In this document: positions 61,327 to 64,000 of the stretch, piece after piece
Layout of the letters: each line of letters begins with the position of its first letter
Position numbering within the stretch: position 1 is the stretch's first letter
Origin: Nostoc sp. DedSLP01
GTDB lineage: Bacteria; Cyanobacteriota; Cyanobacteriia; Cyanobacteriales; Nostocaceae
Length of the DNA: 64,000 nt
Direction of reading: 5' to 3'
Assembly: GCA_034530875.2 (NCBI GenBank)
Contig: JAVRCJ020000016.1
Coordinates: 96,001 to 160,000 of the forward strand
Program-made: the position numbers and the translations under genes
Notes under the pieces: model-generated
What the model was told of the DNA's origin: nothing
Seen by the model: the letters and a program-made list of their open reading frames with translations, nothing else
Database searches by the model: none

Positions 61327-62373
61327 ATGCACAACCACCAATTATTTAACGCTAACATCGAGAACGATCGCGTTCTTTTAACCCCCAATGAAATTAAATC
61401 AAGATTGCCATTAACTAAATCAGCAGAAGAAACAGTTTTAAGGTATAGAGAGGAAATAGAAGATATTTTGGATTTTCGCGATCGCCGAAAATTCATAGTA
61501 GTTGGCCCTTGTTCGATTCACGATCCGAAAGCAGCGATCGAATATTCCCAAAGATTGAAAGCCTTGGCAGAAAAAGTCCAAGATAAGCTGCTACTAATTA
61601 TGCGCGTCTACTTTGAAAAACCAAGAACAACCGTAGGCTGGAAAGGATTAATTAACGACCCAGAGATGGATGATTCTTTTCATGTAGAAAATGGCTTATT
61701 AATTGCCCGCCAGCTATTACTAGAAATTACAGAATTGGGGTTACCTGCTGGTACAGAAGCGCTAGATCCAATCATACCTCAATATATTAGCGAATTGATT
61801 ACATGGTCGGCGATCGGGGCACGTACCACCGAATCGCAAACTCATCGGGAAATGGCAAGTGGACTTTCTATGCCTGTGGGTTTTAAAAATGGCACCGACG
61901 GCAATATTCAGGTAGCTTTAAATGCTCTTCAATCAGCTAGAAACCCTCATAATTTTTTGGGAATTAACCAAAACGGACAAGTCAGCGTATTTCAAACCAA
62001 AGGTAATGCCTACGGTCATGTCATTTTAAGAGGTGGTAATCAGCCCAACTTTGATGCAGCAAGCGTCAACCTAGTGGAAAAGAAATTAAAAGAGGCAGGT
62101 TTACCACCAAGAATCGTTATTGATTGCAGCCACGGCAATACTAATAAAGACTACAAATTACAAGCTGCCGTCTTAGAAAATATTATTCAGCAAATATTGG
62201 ATGGCAATACATCAATCGTTGGTATGATGCTGGAATCAAATATATATGAAGGCAATCAACCAATTAGTGGGAAGAAGGAAGAATTAAAATATGGCGTTTC
62301 TGTAACTGACAAATGTATTAACTGGGAAGAAACAGAGAAAATTATTTTGGCTGCTTACGAAAAACTTAAGTAG
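61327..62373 (+). CDS. DAHP synthase, class I-alpha (AroF/G/H type)
   Basis: GPCSIHD, RVYFEKPRTTVGWKG, IGARTTESQTHRE, DCSHGN, SVTDKC. Confidence 0.95.
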   Translation: MHNHQLFNANIENDRVLLTPNEIKSRLPLTKSAEETVLRYREEIEDILDFRDRRKFIVVGPCSIHDPKAAIEYSQRLKALAEKVQDKLLLIMRVYFEKPRTTVGWKGLINDPEMDDSFHVENGLLIARQLLLEITELGLPAGTEALDPIIPQYISELITWSAIGARTTESQTHREMASGLSMPVGFKNGTDGNIQVALNALQSARNPHNFLGINQNGQVSVFQTKGNAYGHVILRGGNQPNFDAASVNLVEKKLKEAGLPPRIVIDCSHGNTNKDYKLQAAVLENIIQQILDGNTSIVGMMLESNIYEGNQPISGKKEELKYGVSVTDKCINWEETEKIILAAYEKLK

Positions 62374-62510
62374 CTAATTTGGAAGACTATAGGAATCATA
62401 TTTGATTTTTGAACAAAATTAAGTATTAGATTTCTTGCAGAAGTCGGGAAAAGGGTAAAGCGATAAGAAAAACCCTTTTCCTTTTACCTTTTACCCAAGA
62501 GTTCAAAATA

Positions 62511-63326
62511 TTATTGATGGGACAACGCGTCAAAACTTTGCTCTAAACGTATAATTTTTGGCTTCAATGAACCTGCTTCAACCAATAGAATACTTTGTTC
62601 TTGGAAGGGTACCCAATTTTGCTCAGACAAAGGTTCAGATGCAACAATAACTGCATTTGAATTATTTTCATCTTCATAAGACCAATACAAAGTAGGTGCT
62701 GGTGTATCATAGGCATACCTAACTGCTGCCATTGTTTGACCATCACTGACAATTATATTGGCACTAAATGTAGTATCGTATTTTTGAGCTAAATCAGTCA
62801 ATTTTTGCAGCGTGATACTTAGAGCTGACAAAAGATTACTATCTACAGATGACTGCCACGTTTCTACTAACAAAGCGAAAATGTGTTCTGAGTCTGTCAT
62901 ACCTTTAATCAAACGGTATGTTGAATCAGAAAGTCTATCACGTATTGGTCTATAGAGTGTTTGTTGAAAGCTCGATATTTCACCATTATGGACAAACAAA
63001 AGTTTTCCACTGCGGAAAGGTTGACAGTTACTAATGTCAAGCGATTCCCCGATTCCAGCTAGTCGGACATAGCCTACAGTGCAATTAGATTGTACATATT
63101 GGCTTAACTGTTGCAAATTTGTATCGTTCCACAGGGGAATAGTATTACGGTAAATAAATGATTTTCCGGCTTCATCGTACCAGCCTATACCAGCACCGTC
63201 TGCACACACCATTCCAGACATTAATTCTTGAGGGTTATAACTTTGTTTTTCCAGAGAATGTTCTTCTTGATACAATAATTTTTCTAGCCGAATAGCGTTG
63301 CCAAGGTAGCCAATTAATCTACACAT
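62511..63326 (-). CDS. Class II glutamine amidotransferase, EgtC-like
   Basis: N-terminal MCRL (Ntn Cys), ADG.GIGWY, NCQPF, HNG, TDSE, ASEPL. Confidence 0.8.
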   Translation of the reverse strand: MCRLIGYLGNAIRLEKLLYQEEHSLEKQSYNPQELMSGMVCADGAGIGWYDEAGKSFIYRNTIPLWNDTNLQQLSQYVQSNCTVGYVRLAGIGESLDISNCQPFRSGKLLFVHNGEISSFQQTLYRPIRDRLSDSTYRLIKGMTDSEHIFALLVETWQSSVDSNLLSALSITLQKLTDLAQKYDTTFSANIIVSDGQTMAAVRYAYDTPAPTLYWSYEDENNSNAVIVASEPLSEQNWVPFQEQSILLVEAGSLKPKIIRLEQSFDALSHQ

Positions 63327-63645
63327 AGAAAACAAAAATAATATAAAAATGAGCGAATTTTGTTACGAAGCCAATTTTAATTATCTAATTTTGACTTTTG
63401 TTAACTATTATTACTTTAGCAATGAATTTATATATTGTGTATGCTTGAACCATGACTAAAGTAATGGATGTGTTTATGACTTTAGTCAGAACATCTTTAT
63501 TCGGGACAAACAAGTGTCTGACTTTTGCAATCTATAACCTCAGAGTGATGTTTAATTTCAAGAATTGAGCGCTCCTTTCTTTGGGTCTTATTTATTAATA
63601 AGTAAAAGAAACACCAAGTATGTCATCTCAAGTTGAAGAATTTAC

Positions 63646-63750
63646 TATAGCAATCCTAAATGAGTTGCAAAATTAGTCATGAAGTAGGGAACAGAAAACA
63701 AGAACGTACAAATGTACTCTAGCTTTCACAAATGAAATAGGATTGCTATA
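63646..63750. mobile_element. MITE-like element, TATAGCAATCC ends
   Basis: TATAGCAATCCTA ... TAGGATTGCTATA, perfect 13-bp inverted ends. Confidence 0.8.
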
Positions 63751-63769
63751 CCTCGTAATTCAATTCAAA

Positions 63770-64000
63770 TTAAACAACGACAAAATTGCTGCTGGTTAAT
63801 GACAATCCAGCAGTAAGTAAAGCAAATTGTACCTTGGCGAACCCACCCGCACTACCATCAGAGTCAAAGAACAATGCACCTGTAGTTGAGTTATAAATAA
63901 ATCGCTGACTACTTGTGGTTGCAGATGTACCGATGGTAAATTGACTAGCTTTGAGTACGCCTAGCGATAAGTCGCCACCAAAACCGCTAGCTGATACCTG
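63770..64000 (-). CDS. C-terminus of an RTX-type secreted protein (continues beyond the window)
   Basis: QVSASGFGG...QRFIYNSTTGALFFDSDGS...VQFALL...NFVVV*. Confidence 0.85.
   Translation of the reverse strand, partial: QVSASGFGGDLSLGVLKASQFTIGTSATTSSQRFIYNSTTGALFFDSDGSAGGFAKVQFALLTAGLSLTSSNFVVV

Noticed and set aside
1..64000. HIP1 (GCGATCGC) abundance as a special feature
   Set aside because: This is the ordinary genome-wide cyanobacterial signature; used only as a taxonomic cue.

Overview
AT-rich genomic window from a filamentous, probably Nostocales, cyanobacterium: frequent HIP1 GCGATCGC octamers, heptamer tandem repeats and many MITE-like elements. The left part holds signalling and accessory genes: two tandem Ser/Thr kinase-AAA-GAF-PAS-His kinases, an LD-carboxypeptidase, Uma2, a dynamin-like GTPase, a toxin-antitoxin pair, a HAMP kinase, and FHA, RTX and CHAT proteins. 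The centrepiece is a ~14.6 kb minus-strand cluster (33190-47795). It joins a C39-peptidase ABC/HlyD/PPIase exporter, double-glycine-leader peptides and RTX proteins to a splicease RiPP module: a Nif11 precursor with three XYG motifs, a PlpX-like radical SAM/SPASM enzyme, and a 56-aa PlpY-like partner missing from the ORF track. To the right are an orphan NIS synthetase with RND and LysR genes, a stand-alone IscB-like PLMP/RRXRR mini-ORF ahead of a thiol-dioxygenase/aldolase/flavin-reductase/SDR operon, a DAHP synthase, an EgtC-like gene and the end of an RTX gene. All family assignments come from motif recognition by eye; no searches were run.
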